DNA of 49,839 bases from Patescibacteria group bacterium. Its GTDB lineage: Bacteria; Patescibacteriota; Saccharimonadia; Saccharimonadales; VXPC01. How positions within the stretch are numbered: the first letter of the stretch is position 1; each line of letters starts with the position of its first letter. Location: positions 1 through 49,839 of the forward strand of contig JBCCHY010000003.1 of NCBI GenBank assembly GCA_039028495.1, in the 5' to 3' direction. Shown one piece after another: positions 30,941-40,696 of this stretch. Under the pieces are notes generated by a model. It was not told where the DNA came from. It ran no database searches and was given only the letters and a program-made list of their open reading frames with translations. The position numbers and the translations under genes are program-made.

Positions 30941-31272
30941 TGAATAGATCTATAACTAAAATTAAGCTGAGAGTCGGTGACAACGTTATGGTGCTCACAG
31001 GACGCGAAAAAGGGAAAACGGGCAAGGTTACAGCTGTTCATCCGATGGAGAATAAAGTAACTATCGAAGGTATTAACATTGTACGCAGACACACTAAGCC
31101 AAACCAATCACACCCCCAGGGTGGCATCATAGATACAACAAAACCCATTGATGTCAGCAAGGTAGGCATAATTGACCCTGCGACCAAGAAACCAACTAGA
31201 GTTGCTTACGAAGTAAGTAAAGACGGCTCAAAAACACGCGTTTACGCTAGTTCAAGAAAGGAGATCAAGTAA
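30940..31272 (+). CDS. rplX: 50S ribosomal protein L24
   Basis: GDNVMVLTGREKGKTGKV (KOW motif), EGIN. Confidence 0.97.
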   Translation: MNRSITKIKLRVGDNVMVLTGREKGKTGKVTAVHPMENKVTIEGINIVRRHTKPNQSHPQGGIIDTTKPIDVSKVGIIDPATKKPTRVAYEVSKDGSKTRVYASSRKEIK

Positions 31273-31838
31273 TGAGTACATATTCACCCACATTAGCAAC
31301 AAAGTATTCCAATGAAATCCGAGAGAAGCTGACGCAAGAGCTGGGTCTTGACAATATCAACCAAGCGCCAAAACTAGAAAAGATTGTGCTTAACGTTGGT
31401 CTAGGCAAGAGTAAAGACGACAAAAAAATGTTCGAAGTCGCCGAAAATACTCTGCGAAAAATTACTGGACAAGCACCAGTAATTACAGAAGCTAGACTAT
31501 CAATAGCCACTTTTAAACTGAGAGAGGGCAACAAAGTAGGTATGATGGTGACTTTGCGCGGTGAGCGAATGTACGAGTTCCTTGATCGGCTAATAAACAT
31601 CGTTCTACCTAGGCTAAGAGATTTCCACGGAGTATCCGTAAAATCTTTTGACTCGTCAGGTAACTACAGCATCGGTTTTAAAGATCAGAGTGTGTTCCCA
31701 GAACTTAGCTTTGAAGACACACAAACAGCACACGGTCTGCAAGTTACTATGGTTGTCGAAGCTCGAGGAGTTGAAGATTCAAAAGCGCTCTTAACTCACT
31801 TTGGTATGCCGTTTGAAAAGGGAAGGGAAGGTAAATAG
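31272..31838 (+). CDS. rplE: 50S ribosomal protein L5
   Basis: [23 protein letters not shown]. Confidence 0.98.
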   Translation: MSTYSPTLATKYSNEIREKLTQELGLDNINQAPKLEKIVLNVGLGKSKDDKKMFEVAENTLRKITGQAPVITEARLSIATFKLREGNKVGMMVTLRGERMYEFLDRLINIVLPRLRDFHGVSVKSFDSSGNYSIGFKDQSVFPELSFEDTQTAHGLQVTMVVEARGVEDSKALLTHFGMPFEKGREGK

Positions 31839-31839
31839 T

Positions 31840-32109
31840 ATGGCTAAGAAATCAATGGTAGCCAGAGATAAAAAGCGCGCTAAAAAGATTGCCCAGTTAG
31901 CTGAAAAGCGAGCTGAACTGAAAAAAGTCGGTGACCAGGATGGTCTCCATAGACTACCCCTCAATAGTAGTCCTACACGACTTAAGAACCGCTGTAACAT
32001 GTGCGGAAGGCCACGAGGCTACATCAGGCAGTTCGGCCTGTGTAGGGTGTGCTTTAGAAACGAAGCAAGCAAGGGAAACATCCCTGGTATAACAAAATCA
32101 AGTTGGTAA
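31840..32109 (+). CDS. rpsN: 30S ribosomal protein S14
   Basis: MAKKSM start at 31840; [19 protein letters not shown]; 89 aa. Confidence 0.97.
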   Translation: MAKKSMVARDKKRAKKIAQLAEKRAELKKVGDQDGLHRLPLNSSPTRLKNRCNMCGRPRGYIRQFGLCRVCFRNEASKGNIPGITKSSW

Positions 32110-32119
32110 AGGAGTAGAT

Positions 32120-32515
32120 ATGTATTCAACAGACCCAATCGCAGACATGTTATCTAGAATCCGTAACGCCATCATGATAGGCAAAAGCAGCGTTGATGTT
32201 CCTCACAGCAAAATCAAAGAACAGATCGCTAAGATTCTAGAATCAAACAACTACCTAGAGACTGTTACGATTGACGGTGAAGGTAAGTCAAAACTGATCC
32301 ATATTACTATCAATAAAGAATTATCGCCCGCTTCAATAACGGAGATTACACGTGTAAGCAAGCCAGGTAGACGCGTCTACACAAATAGTAGCGAGATACC
32401 GAAGGTCAAAAGTGGCCGAGGCATGGTAGTTATGTCAACAAGTAAAGGTCTCATGACAGGGACAGAGGCAGAGACCGCCAATATTGGCGGAGAAGTAATC
32501 TGCTCAGTCTACTAA
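32120..32515 (+). CDS. rpsH: 30S ribosomal protein S8
   Basis: DPIADMLSRIRNA, SKPGRRVY, STSKG, GGE. Confidence 0.98.
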   Translation: MYSTDPIADMLSRIRNAIMIGKSSVDVPHSKIKEQIAKILESNNYLETVTIDGEGKSKLIHITINKELSPASITEITRVSKPGRRVYTNSSEIPKVKSGRGMVVMSTSKGLMTGTEAETANIGGEVICSVY

Positions 32516-32539
32516 ATAGAGGAGAGAAAGGAGCATACA

Positions 32540-33088
32540 ATGAGCCGAGTAGGAAAACAGCCAATACAAATTCCATCTGGTGTGACAATCACTGCTACTG
32601 ATGACAACATATCAGTAACTGGCCCAAAAGGTACGCTTGAACAGTTTGGACTCGAAGGCATTAAAGTTAGCCAAGAGGGTGAAGAAGTTCATGTGTCTCG
32701 TACATCAGATGTCAAAGAACATAGGTCTAGACATGGCCTCATGAGAACACTTATCGCCAACATGGTGCAGGGCGTTACAGAGGGTTTCGAGAAGAAACTT
32801 GAGCTAAACGGTGTGGGGTTCAGAGTTAACGTGTCAGGTAAAACCCTAACTCTAACCGTTGGGTTCTCCCATGACATCGAGTACAAGATTCCTGAAGATG
32901 TAGATGTCTCTATAGAGGACAACAACATCATAGTAGTTACTGGTATCAACAAGCAAAGGGTTGGTCAGATCGCAGCAGAAATACGCTCTTTCAAGAAACC
33001 AGAGCCGTACAAAGGCAAAGGCATTAAATACATAGATGAGCACATAATCAGAAAAGCCGGTAAGAGCGGCGGAGAAGGAGCAGCGTAA
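32540..33088 (+). CDS. rplF: 50S ribosomal protein L6
   Basis: MSRVGKQPI, PEPYKGKGI. Confidence 0.98.
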   Translation: MSRVGKQPIQIPSGVTITATDDNISVTGPKGTLEQFGLEGIKVSQEGEEVHVSRTSDVKEHRSRHGLMRTLIANMVQGVTEGFEKKLELNGVGFRVNVSGKTLTLTVGFSHDIEYKIPEDVDVSIEDNNIIVVTGINKQRVGQIAAEIRSFKKPEPYKGKGIKYIDEHIIRKAGKSGGEGAA

Positions 33089-33441
33089 TGTCTAGACTAA
33101 CCAAAATCGCAAGCAACAAAGCTCAGCGCGCTAGTAGAACCAGGGCAAAAATAAGAGCAAACTCAGACCTGCCACGCCTCAGTGTGAAAATTGCCAATAA
33201 AAACATATCCGTACAGCTGATTGACGATGCCGCAGGTGCAACAATTGCTTCAGCGACTACAATAGGCTCAAAGCTGACTGGCAATATGACAGATAAAGCC
33301 ATCGCCATAGGTGGACAAATTGCAGAAGCAGCTAAAAAAGCGAAGGTAAAAAAAGCTGTACTAGATAGAGGTGATCATAAATACCACGGCCGCCTAAAGG
33401 CACTAGCAGACGCAGCAAGAGAGAAAGGACTGGAGCTTTAA
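33088..33441 (+). CDS. rplR: 50S ribosomal protein L18
   Basis: PRLSV, DRG..YHGRLKALADAAREKGL. Confidence 0.97.
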   Translation: MSRLTKIASNKAQRASRTRAKIRANSDLPRLSVKIANKNISVQLIDDAAGATIASATTIGSKLTGNMTDKAIAIGGQIAEAAKKAKVKKAVLDRGDHKYHGRLKALADAAREKGLEL

Positions 33442-33442
33442 A

Positions 33443-34042
33443 ATGGCAGCACCACAACTAAATATGAGAAGAAACGACGATAAGTTAGATGGTCTAGACC
33501 AACGTGTCATTGCAATCGACAGGGTTGCCCGTGTAGTCAAAGGCGGACGGCGATTTAGGTTTCGTGCCTTAGTCGCAATTGGTGATAAGAACGGTAAAGT
33601 AGGTGTAGGTAGCTCCAAAGGCCAAGACGTAACAACTGCTATCGACAAAGCAACCGATGTTGCAAAGCGCAAAATGCGTAGTGTATGTATAGAAAACAGC
33701 ACGCTGCCACATGAGACAAACGGTAAAGTGGGCGGAGCTAAAATACTTCTGAAGCCTGCAGGCCAAGGTACAGGTATGATAGCTGGCAGTGTCCCTCGGC
33801 AGATACTCGAAGTCGCTGGTTACACAAATGTAGTCAGCAAGTCACTTGGTAACAGTAATAAGACAAATCTTTCGTATGCTGTTATCGAAGCCTTAGACGC
33901 CCTACGACCGACTAGCGAGTGGATTAATCCTCCCGAAAAGAAAGCACCAGCAAAAAAAGCAAGCACCAAAGCCGCCAAGCCAGCACCAAAGAAATCTACT
34001 GCTAAAAAGACCACTCCAAAGAAAAAAGAGGCTAAAAAATGA
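33443..34042 (+). CDS. rpsE: 30S ribosomal protein S5 with Lys/Ala/Pro-rich tail
   Basis: RVARVVKGGRRFRF, PAGQGTG. Confidence 0.97.
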   Translation: MAAPQLNMRRNDDKLDGLDQRVIAIDRVARVVKGGRRFRFRALVAIGDKNGKVGVGSSKGQDVTTAIDKATDVAKRKMRSVCIENSTLPHETNGKVGGAKILLKPAGQGTGMIAGSVPRQILEVAGYTNVVSKSLGNSNKTNLSYAVIEALDALRPTSEWINPPEKKAPAKKASTKAAKPAPKKSTAKKTTPKKKEAKK

Positions 34043-34554
34043 AGATCAACGAACTACAGGTAAAGCCAAAAAGAGCCCGCACCAGAAAAGGAAGAGGCAT
34101 ATCAGCAGGTAAAGGTAAAACTGCTGGTCGAGGTACAAAAGGACAAAATGCACGTACAGGTGCCTCCAGGAGAGCTGGATTTGAGGGCGGACAGAATAGG
34201 CTAATCAAAAGATTACCCAAACTGCGTGGCTTCAAGAGTCACCGCACACCCGCTCAAGTAGTCTATACTGGCCAACTCGACGCTATAAAGTCTAAAAAGA
34301 TTACAGCTGAAGTGCTAGCAGAAGCAGGACTGATCGAAGATACCTACCATAGCGTAAAGCTGATAGTAAAAGGTGAGATAAAGACCGCGAAGCACGTAGA
34401 GCTGCAGTTCGCTAGTGAAACAGCTGTTGAAAAACTACAAAAAGTCGGCGGTAGTTTTACAGTTACTCAGCGTACAAAACGACCCGAATCTACTAAAAAG
34501 GCTGAAAAAAGAGCTAAAAATAGCGAAAAAACAACCAAAGAGAAAACAAAGTAG
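34039..34554 (+). CDS. rplO: 50S ribosomal protein L15
   Basis: GKTAGRGTKGQNAR, FEGGQ; directly follows rpsE (no rpmD). Confidence 0.97.
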   Translation: MKINELQVKPKRARTRKGRGISAGKGKTAGRGTKGQNARTGASRRAGFEGGQNRLIKRLPKLRGFKSHRTPAQVVYTGQLDAIKSKKITAEVLAEAGLIEDTYHSVKLIVKGEIKTAKHVELQFASETAVEKLQKVGGSFTVTQRTKRPESTKKAEKRAKNSEKTTKEKTK

Positions 34555-34607
34555 GCTATAATCTAGTCTGATCAAGAGAGTTTTGCTAAAAAAGCAAGAG
34601 GGTAATA

Positions 34608-36116
34608 ATGAATTGGAAACTAATAGGTCGAGGTCTACGCAACTCTGAGATGCGCTCAAAAGTCATCGCCGTGCTCGGTATGCTACTAGTGTATCGGCTA
34701 CTTGCTCACATACCCATCCCCCTTGCGGAACCAGCAGAGCTCAAGCAGATTCTAGACAACCTCCTATCAGACGACAGCACACCGCAGCTACTCAGCTTTA
34801 TTAATGTACTGTCAGGTGGTGCGCTTGCCAGCCTGTCGATTATGCTGGTTGGTCTGGGGCCTTACATTAACGCCAGCATTATCATGCAGGTTTTGACCAA
34901 AGCTATTCCCAAATTAGAAGCCTTACAAAAAGAAGGTGAGTACGGTACAAAGAAAATTAATCAGTATACCCGTATCCTGACGTTCCCATTAGCCATTATT
35001 CAATCAATCGGTATTCTATACTTGGTAGGACAGATTGCCGGACAGATAGGTGGTCTGGGCAATGTCGTTGACAATGCCAGCCTATCACAGTGGGTGCTGA
35101 TGGTTGCTGCTCTCACAGGAGGTGCAATGATACTCATGTGGCTAGGTGAGCTTGTCACAGAGAAAGGCATAGGTAATGGCATCAGCCTACTGATTACGGT
35201 AGGTATTGTCAGTCAGCTACCCTTTATTATCAGTGCACTATTCCAGGCTATAGTTGACGACCAGGCGACCATGAGTATTTTTGGATGGTTTGACCTGCCT
35301 ATAAACACACGCGCACTTGTCATATCAGCCATACTGACAGCCGCCACGGTACTCTTAACCGTATTTGTGGTGTATCTGAACGAAGCACAGCGGCGCATAA
35401 AGATCACCTACGCCAAAAAGGTACAAGGCAACCGTGCATATAGTGATGTTAATACTGTTTTACCGGTCAAGCTCATCACCGCCGGAGTCGTCCCAATTAT
35501 CTTTGCTGTCGCCTTTTTATCTGTCCCTCAACTAGCAGGCTCGCTACTTGAAGGTAATGCAAATCCTAGCTTAGCGTCTCTGGGAGAGACTCTAGTACGC
35601 TGGTTCCAGGTACCGGGTACACACGGCTCAGGCGCTGTCTTTGTCGATATCTATAGTCTTATTTACCCGACTGTGTACTTCTTACTGGTTGTGGCTTTCA
35701 CCTTCTTCTATACAGGCGTTGTTTTTAACAGCAAAGAGATATCGGAATCTCTGCAGAGACAAGGGGGCTTCATAGAAGGAGTTAGGCCTGGTGATGACAC
35801 CCGCAAGTACCTGAGCAAAGTAGTCAACAGATTGAATTTCTTCGGTGCTGCCAGTCTAGGTTTCTTGGCCATTACGCCAATCCTAGGACAAGCGTTCTTG
35901 GGCAACTCACAACTCGCTATCGGTGGTACGAGTATATTGATCCTGGTTGCAGTCTCTCTGGAAACACTCCGAAAGGTTGAGTCCAAAGCCCTGATGGTAA
36001 CCTACGAAGATTACGAACACGACTTCAATGCATCAAGAGGTGAGACAGACAAAAAAGCAGACTCCAAAGAAAAGCCCAAAAAAAGTATAAAAAACTTCTT
36101 TACAACTAAGAAGTAG
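34608..36116 (+). CDS. secY: Preprotein translocase SecY
   Basis: LGPYINASII, GIGNGISL, GVVPIIFA, GVRPG, GGTSILI. Confidence 0.98.
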   Translation: MNWKLIGRGLRNSEMRSKVIAVLGMLLVYRLLAHIPIPLAEPAELKQILDNLLSDDSTPQLLSFINVLSGGALASLSIMLVGLGPYINASIIMQVLTKAIPKLEALQKEGEYGTKKINQYTRILTFPLAIIQSIGILYLVGQIAGQIGGLGNVVDNASLSQWVLMVAALTGGAMILMWLGELVTEKGIGNGISLLITVGIVSQLPFIISALFQAIVDDQATMSIFGWFDLPINTRALVISAILTAATVLLTVFVVYLNEAQRRIKITYAKKVQGNRAYSDVNTVLPVKLITAGVVPIIFAVAFLSVPQLAGSLLEGNANPSLASLGETLVRWFQVPGTHGSGAVFVDIYSLIYPTVYFLLVVAFTFFYTGVVFNSKEISESLQRQGGFIEGVRPGDDTRKYLSKVVNRLNFFGAASLGFLAITPILGQAFLGNSQLAIGGTSILILVAVSLETLRKVESKALMVTYEDYEHDFNASRGETDKKADSKEKPKKSIKNFFTTKK

Positions 36117-36144
36117 TAACGTATAATCTGCCTCCGTTAGTCTT

Positions 36145-36363
36145 ATGTCCAATACCAAAGAAGTACTAGAGTTCGAAGGCACTGTTATTGAGTGTTTGCC
36201 TGGTACGCAGTTCATAATAGAACTAGAGAATGGACATCAGATACGTTGCACGTTATCTGGACGGATGCGCAAGAACTATATCCGTTTAGTACCGGGCGAC
36301 CGCGTTAAGGTAGAAATGACTCCTTATGATCTCACTAAGGGTCGGATAACTTACCGCTTATAA
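36145..36363 (+). CDS. infA: Translation initiation factor IF-1
   Basis: [27 protein letters not shown]. Confidence 0.98.
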   Translation: MSNTKEVLEFEGTVIECLPGTQFIIELENGHQIRCTLSGRMRKNYIRLVPGDRVKVEMTPYDLTKGRITYRL

Positions 36364-36387
36364 AAACTAGTAGGGAGTTTAGGCAAG

Positions 36388-36501
36388 ATGAAAGTGCGCC
36401 CCAGCGTAAAAAGAATGTGTGACAACTGCAAAGTTATTCGCAGAAAAAAGCGCGTACAGGTTATCTGTACTAACCCCCGTCATAAACAGAGGCAAGGATA
36501 A
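36388..36501 (+). CDS. rpmJ: 50S ribosomal protein L36 (below the ORF-track cutoff)
   Basis: [37 protein letters not shown]. Confidence 0.98.
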   Translation: MKVRPSVKRMCDNCKVIRRKKRVQVICTNPRHKQRQG

Positions 36502-36504
36502 GAA

Positions 36505-36891
36505 GTGGCGAGAATTAGCGGCATTACCATACCTGTTGACAAGCAAGTCGGCATAGCACTGACTTACATCTACGGTATAGGTCCAAAAACTAGTGACAAT
36601 ATACTTAGTAAAGCTAAAGTAGACGCTACTACTAGAGTCAAAGACCTGACCGATCAAGAGATTAGTGCTATCCAAGACGTTATTAATGAATCGCTACTTG
36701 TCGAAGGTGAACTGCAGAGAATTGTCACCGGGAACATCAAGCGCCTCAAAGATATTCGAGCGTATAGAGGACAACGTCACGCCTCTAACCTACCCTCAAG
36801 AGGGCAGCGTACACGCACAAACGCACGTACCAGAAGAGGGCGCAAGGTAACAGTTGGCGGCACAGCCAAGAAAGCCCCTTCAAAAACTTAA
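36505..36891 (+). CDS. rpsM: 30S ribosomal protein S13
   Basis: ARISG, LTYIYGIG, RGQRTRTNARTR; GTG start. Confidence 0.98.
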   Translation: MARISGITIPVDKQVGIALTYIYGIGPKTSDNILSKAKVDATTRVKDLTDQEISAIQDVINESLLVEGELQRIVTGNIKRLKDIRAYRGQRHASNLPSRGQRTRTNARTRRGRKVTVGGTAKKAPSKT

Positions 36892-36912
36892 GGGTTTAGA
36901 GAGATTAGCATT

Positions 36913-37338
36913 ATGGAAGATAACACACCACAAACTACTACTGAAGCACCAGCAAAGTCGTCACCAAAGAAAAAGAAGTCCAAGCGCCCAGTACCACATG
37001 GACAGGCTCATATATACGCCACATTCAACAATACTATCGTGACTATAACTGATCTTCACGGCGGTAAACTTGCAAGCAGCAGTGCAGGTGCATGTGGCTT
37101 CAGAGGCTCTAAAAAAGGCACAGCCTACGCCGCTCAGATAGCCGCAGAGAAAGTGGCTGAGATGGCTAAGAGTCAGCACGCTATGGTCAAAGTAGATATA
37201 TTCGTAAAAGGAGTCGGCCAAGGACGCGATACAGCCATGAGAGCTTTAATCGCACAGGACCTAGTAGTAGAGAGTATTACAGATAAAACAGGTATACCGT
37301 TTGGTGGCCCAAGACCGAGAAAGGCTAGGAGAGGATAA
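36913..37338 (+). CDS. rpsK: 30S ribosomal protein S11
   Basis: ATFNNTIVTITD, GFRGSKKGTAYAAQ. Confidence 0.97.
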   Translation: MEDNTPQTTTEAPAKSSPKKKKSKRPVPHGQAHIYATFNNTIVTITDLHGGKLASSSAGACGFRGSKKGTAYAAQIAAEKVAEMAKSQHAMVKVDIFVKGVGQGRDTAMRALIAQDLVVESITDKTGIPFGGPRPRKARRG

Positions 37339-37958
37339 TGGCTAGAGATCTAAGTCCAGTAGTAAAACAAAGCCGTAGAGAAGGCTATGCACTGCACCCT
37401 AAGGCTCATAAATACTTAGCAAAACGACCTGGTATACCAGGTCAACACGGTGGCAATGGTCGAAGACTAGGGTCAAAGAGCCAGTATGCTCTGCAGCTAC
37501 GTGAAAAACAAAAAGTACGCAGACTATACGGTCTACTTGAAAAGCAGTTTAAGAACCTGTTCACGAAAGCCGCAAAACAAAGAGGCCAGACAGGCGAAAA
37601 TGCCATGATAATGCTTGAGAGACGACTAGATAACGTCCTATACAGAGCTGGATTTGCTAGCAGCCGTAGGGCTGCCAGACAGCTTGCCGGTCACGGCCAC
37701 TTCATGATTAATGATCAACGTGTAGATATACCGTCTTATCAGGTCTCTATTGGAGACGCCATTGTTGTACGTACAAAAAGCTCTAAAAATGACTACTTCA
37801 AAATACTTGATGACGTCAGTCCGAAACCATCTAACATCCCGTCATGGCTCAAAGTAGACAGAAAAAAACTGTCAATCGACGTTAAGTCCCTACCTACTAG
37901 AGAAGACGTAGAGCCAGACATAAACGAGCAGTTAATAGTTGAGTACTACTCACGATAA
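37338..37958 (+). CDS. rpsD: 30S ribosomal protein S4
   Basis: QLREKQK, LERRLDN, LIVEYYSR. Confidence 0.98.
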   Translation: MARDLSPVVKQSRREGYALHPKAHKYLAKRPGIPGQHGGNGRRLGSKSQYALQLREKQKVRRLYGLLEKQFKNLFTKAAKQRGQTGENAMIMLERRLDNVLYRAGFASSRRAARQLAGHGHFMINDQRVDIPSYQVSIGDAIVVRTKSSKNDYFKILDDVSPKPSNIPSWLKVDRKKLSIDVKSLPTREDVEPDINEQLIVEYYSR

Positions 37959-37976
37959 CCAGTCAAAGGAGAGAAT

Positions 37977-38927
37977 ATGACAACAACAATCAACACCCCA
38001 AACCTTACAGCTATCGATGAACACTCAGCCGCAAGTGCTAGCTTTGTGATTGAGCCTCTAATGACTGGATACGGGATGACGCTAGGCAACAGTCTCAGAA
38101 GAGTCTTGCTGTCTAGCATATCTGGTGCAGCAGTCATAGCATTCAAAGTAGATGGCGCGTCACACGAGTTTACTACTCTGAAAGGTGTCAAAGAAGACGT
38201 GGTGGAGATCATGCTCAACCTAAAAGGTCTCAGGTTCCGTGTTCATAGCGAATCTGATGAGCCTGTTCTAGTTAGTCTATCTAAAAAAGGTAAGGGCACA
38301 GTAACGGGCAAAGATGTTACAAGCAACTCCGAAGTAGAAGTCGTTAATAAAGACCATGTGATTGCTACACTAGACGGTGCTTCTGACTCACTAACCATTG
38401 AATTGCTAGTATCAAAGGGACGTGGTTATCAAACAAATGAGCAGTCGGCTAAAGCAAAGCCTTCTGACATGATCGCTCTAGATGCACTGTTTAGTCCTAT
38501 CATGCGTGTGAGGTACAAAGTAGACAGCACCCGCGTTGGGCAAAAAACAGAGCTTGATAAGCTAAACATCACTATTGATACTGACGGGACTATCACACCT
38601 AAAGACGCATTTGAAGAAGCGTCGGCAATCCTACAATCTCAATATGAAGCTCTTGCAGGCGCTACTGTGGTAGAGTCAGCTTCTTTTGTAGATCAACAAG
38701 CAGCAGAAGACTCAGATGGCGAAAACGGTGACGACCCAGAAGAGTTACTCGTATCTGTTGAAGATCTAAACCTCAGCGCACGCACCACCAATGCACTCAT
38801 TAACAATGACATACATAACCTAAAAGACCTCTTCAGCCTGACTGATGTTGAGATGAAAGAGCTCAAAGGATTCGGCAGCAAAGCACTCGACGAAGTTCGA
38901 GATAAACTAGCAGAGCTGGAGCTATAG
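37977..38927 (+). CDS. rpoA: RNA polymerase alpha subunit
   Basis: GYGMTLGNSLRRVLLS, RVGQ, alphaCTD LSARTTNAL. Confidence 0.98.
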   Translation: MTTTINTPNLTAIDEHSAASASFVIEPLMTGYGMTLGNSLRRVLLSSISGAAVIAFKVDGASHEFTTLKGVKEDVVEIMLNLKGLRFRVHSESDEPVLVSLSKKGKGTVTGKDVTSNSEVEVVNKDHVIATLDGASDSLTIELLVSKGRGYQTNEQSAKAKPSDMIALDALFSPIMRVRYKVDSTRVGQKTELDKLNITIDTDGTITPKDAFEEASAILQSQYEALAGATVVESASFVDQQAAEDSDGENGDDPEELLVSVEDLNLSARTTNALINNDIHNLKDLFSLTDVEMKELKGFGSKALDEVRDKLAELEL

Positions 38928-38928
38928 A

Positions 38929-39486
38929 ATGCACAGGCACGGATATAAAGGTCGTAAACTAGGTCGTAAGCGTGATCAACGTCGTGCTCTGATTAAAGGG
39001 CTTGCGACGTCAGTAATTGATCACGGCTCTATAGAAACTACATTGCCAAAAGCAAAAGAAGTCTTGCCGTATGTAGAAAAGCTGATCACCAAAGCAAAAA
39101 AGGGCGACCTACACAACCGTAGGCAAATCATTGCAAAACTGTCCAAAGTCAGCAGCGCACACAAACTAGTAGACGACATCGCTCCAAAACTAAAGGGACG
39201 AAACAGCGGGCACCTGCGCATAACAAAAACTCGCTTCAGAAGAGGTGATAATGCCCAGATGGCCACGCTATCATTCGTAGACGATCTAGCTAGCGCACCA
39301 GTAGCTAAAGCTGCGGAGAAAAAGCCGTCCACTAGCAAGAAAGCACCGGTTAAAAAGGCAGCGTCAGCTAAAAAATCTGCTACACCAAAGACAAGCGCTA
39401 GGTCAAAATCAGCTTCAAAATCAAAGGTATCTGCTAGTAGCACCAAAAAATCCACCAGTAGATCATCTAAAGGCAGAAAGGTATAG
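38929..39486 (+). CDS. rplQ: 50S ribosomal protein L17 with long basic tail
   Basis: IETTLPKAKE, EKLIT, RRGDNA. Confidence 0.97.
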   Translation: MHRHGYKGRKLGRKRDQRRALIKGLATSVIDHGSIETTLPKAKEVLPYVEKLITKAKKGDLHNRRQIIAKLSKVSSAHKLVDDIAPKLKGRNSGHLRITKTRFRRGDNAQMATLSFVDDLASAPVAKAAEKKPSTSKKAPVKKAASAKKSATPKTSARSKSASKSKVSASSTKKSTSRSSKGRKV

Positions 39487-39488
39487 CC

Positions 39489-39944
39489 ATGTCATCACAA
39501 GTTTCGCAGAAGACATTCTCACAAAAACAAGCTGACGTGACACGTAGCTGGTATATCATTGATGCCAGCGATATTCCGCTTGGTAGACTTAGCACAGAAG
39601 TTGCGACACTACTAACTGGCAAGAAAAAACCTACATACACACCGCACACTGATGGAGGTGACTTCGTAGTCATTATAAATGCCGACAAAGTTAAGCTAAC
39701 TGGTCAAAAAGAGACAGACAAAGTCTACTATCGCCACAGTGGCTACATAGGTAATCTCAGAGAACGTACTGCCAAGGAACAGCGAGAACGTAACTCTATA
39801 AAACTGATCGAGAAATCAGTAAAAGGCATGCTACCTAAGAACAAGCTCACTGCAGGCCGTCTGGAAAGACTCAAAGTCTACACAGATGCCGCCCACAAGC
39901 ACGAAGCTCAAAAACCACAAACACTCACAATAGGAGATAAATAA
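39489..39944 (+). CDS. rplM: 50S ribosomal protein L13
   Basis: WYIIDA, LGRL, YTPHTDGGD, KGMLPKN. Confidence 0.98.
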   Translation: MSSQVSQKTFSQKQADVTRSWYIIDASDIPLGRLSTEVATLLTGKKKPTYTPHTDGGDFVVIINADKVKLTGQKETDKVYYRHSGYIGNLRERTAKEQRERNSIKLIEKSVKGMLPKNKLTAGRLERLKVYTDAAHKHEAQKPQTLTIGDK

Positions 39945-40336
39945 TGGCTCAATATCACTACGCCCTAGGACGCCGTAAGACCTCTACAGCTCGTGTCAGA
40001 GTACAAAAGGGCAAAGGCAATATAACTATCAATGAAAAGACAGCTGCAGAGTATTTTGCAGACGCACCATCACTATTACACGAGCTGAACGATCCGTTTC
40101 GTGCCATCAGTAGTGAAGGCGAGTACGATGTATCAGTCCGAGTAAACGGCGGTGGACACCACAGCCAGGTAGGCGCTATCAAACTGGGTATAGCAAAAGC
40201 GCTAGCTAGCCTAAACGAAGATCTCAAAGGCACGCTTAAGCGAGCAGACTTACTAGGCCGAGACCCACGTGCTAAAGAACGTAAGAAGTTTGGCTTAAAA
40301 GGCGCACGAAAACAACGCCAATTCACCAAGAGATAG
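39944..40336 (+). CDS. rpsI: 30S ribosomal protein S9
   Basis: GRRKTSTARV, GGG, ERKKFGLKGARK..QFTKR. Confidence 0.98.
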   Translation: MAQYHYALGRRKTSTARVRVQKGKGNITINEKTAAEYFADAPSLLHELNDPFRAISSEGEYDVSVRVNGGGHHSQVGAIKLGIAKALASLNEDLKGTLKRADLLGRDPRAKERKKFGLKGARKQRQFTKR

Positions 40337-40696
40337 GATCGCCAGGTCAGAGTTGCTGGCAAAGCCACAACTTTACCTGGCTTAGCGGCTACTTCACATT
40401 TTTTCTAGATAAAGCCACAGTCACAGTATCGTCCATACAGCTCCTTGGTGTTTTATCCAGAAGAAAATGCAAATTAGCTCGCTATCCTCCCTCTTGGTGT
40501 GTCAATATATATTTTGCGTAACTCTCCCAGTCTGAGCTTCAACAAGAACTCTCAAATACCCTCACCCTTATCGTTTGATGAGTCGTTTAGGGGAAAAGGC
40601 CAAAATAGCTCCACATCCTAACGTTTGGTGTCGGAATTTAAACGTTAGTACAAACCCTGATTGTAGTAGTTATATAATTATGTTATAATATGCTGA

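Noticed and set aside
34039-34042. Missing rpmD (L30), and no adk or map after secY
   Set aside because: L30 loss is a known CPR trait; used only as a taxonomic hint
8356-40368. Numerous 60-170 aa antisense ORFs over rpoBC, fusA, tuf and r-protein genes
   Set aside because: Shadows of codon bias in conserved sense genes; no independent signals
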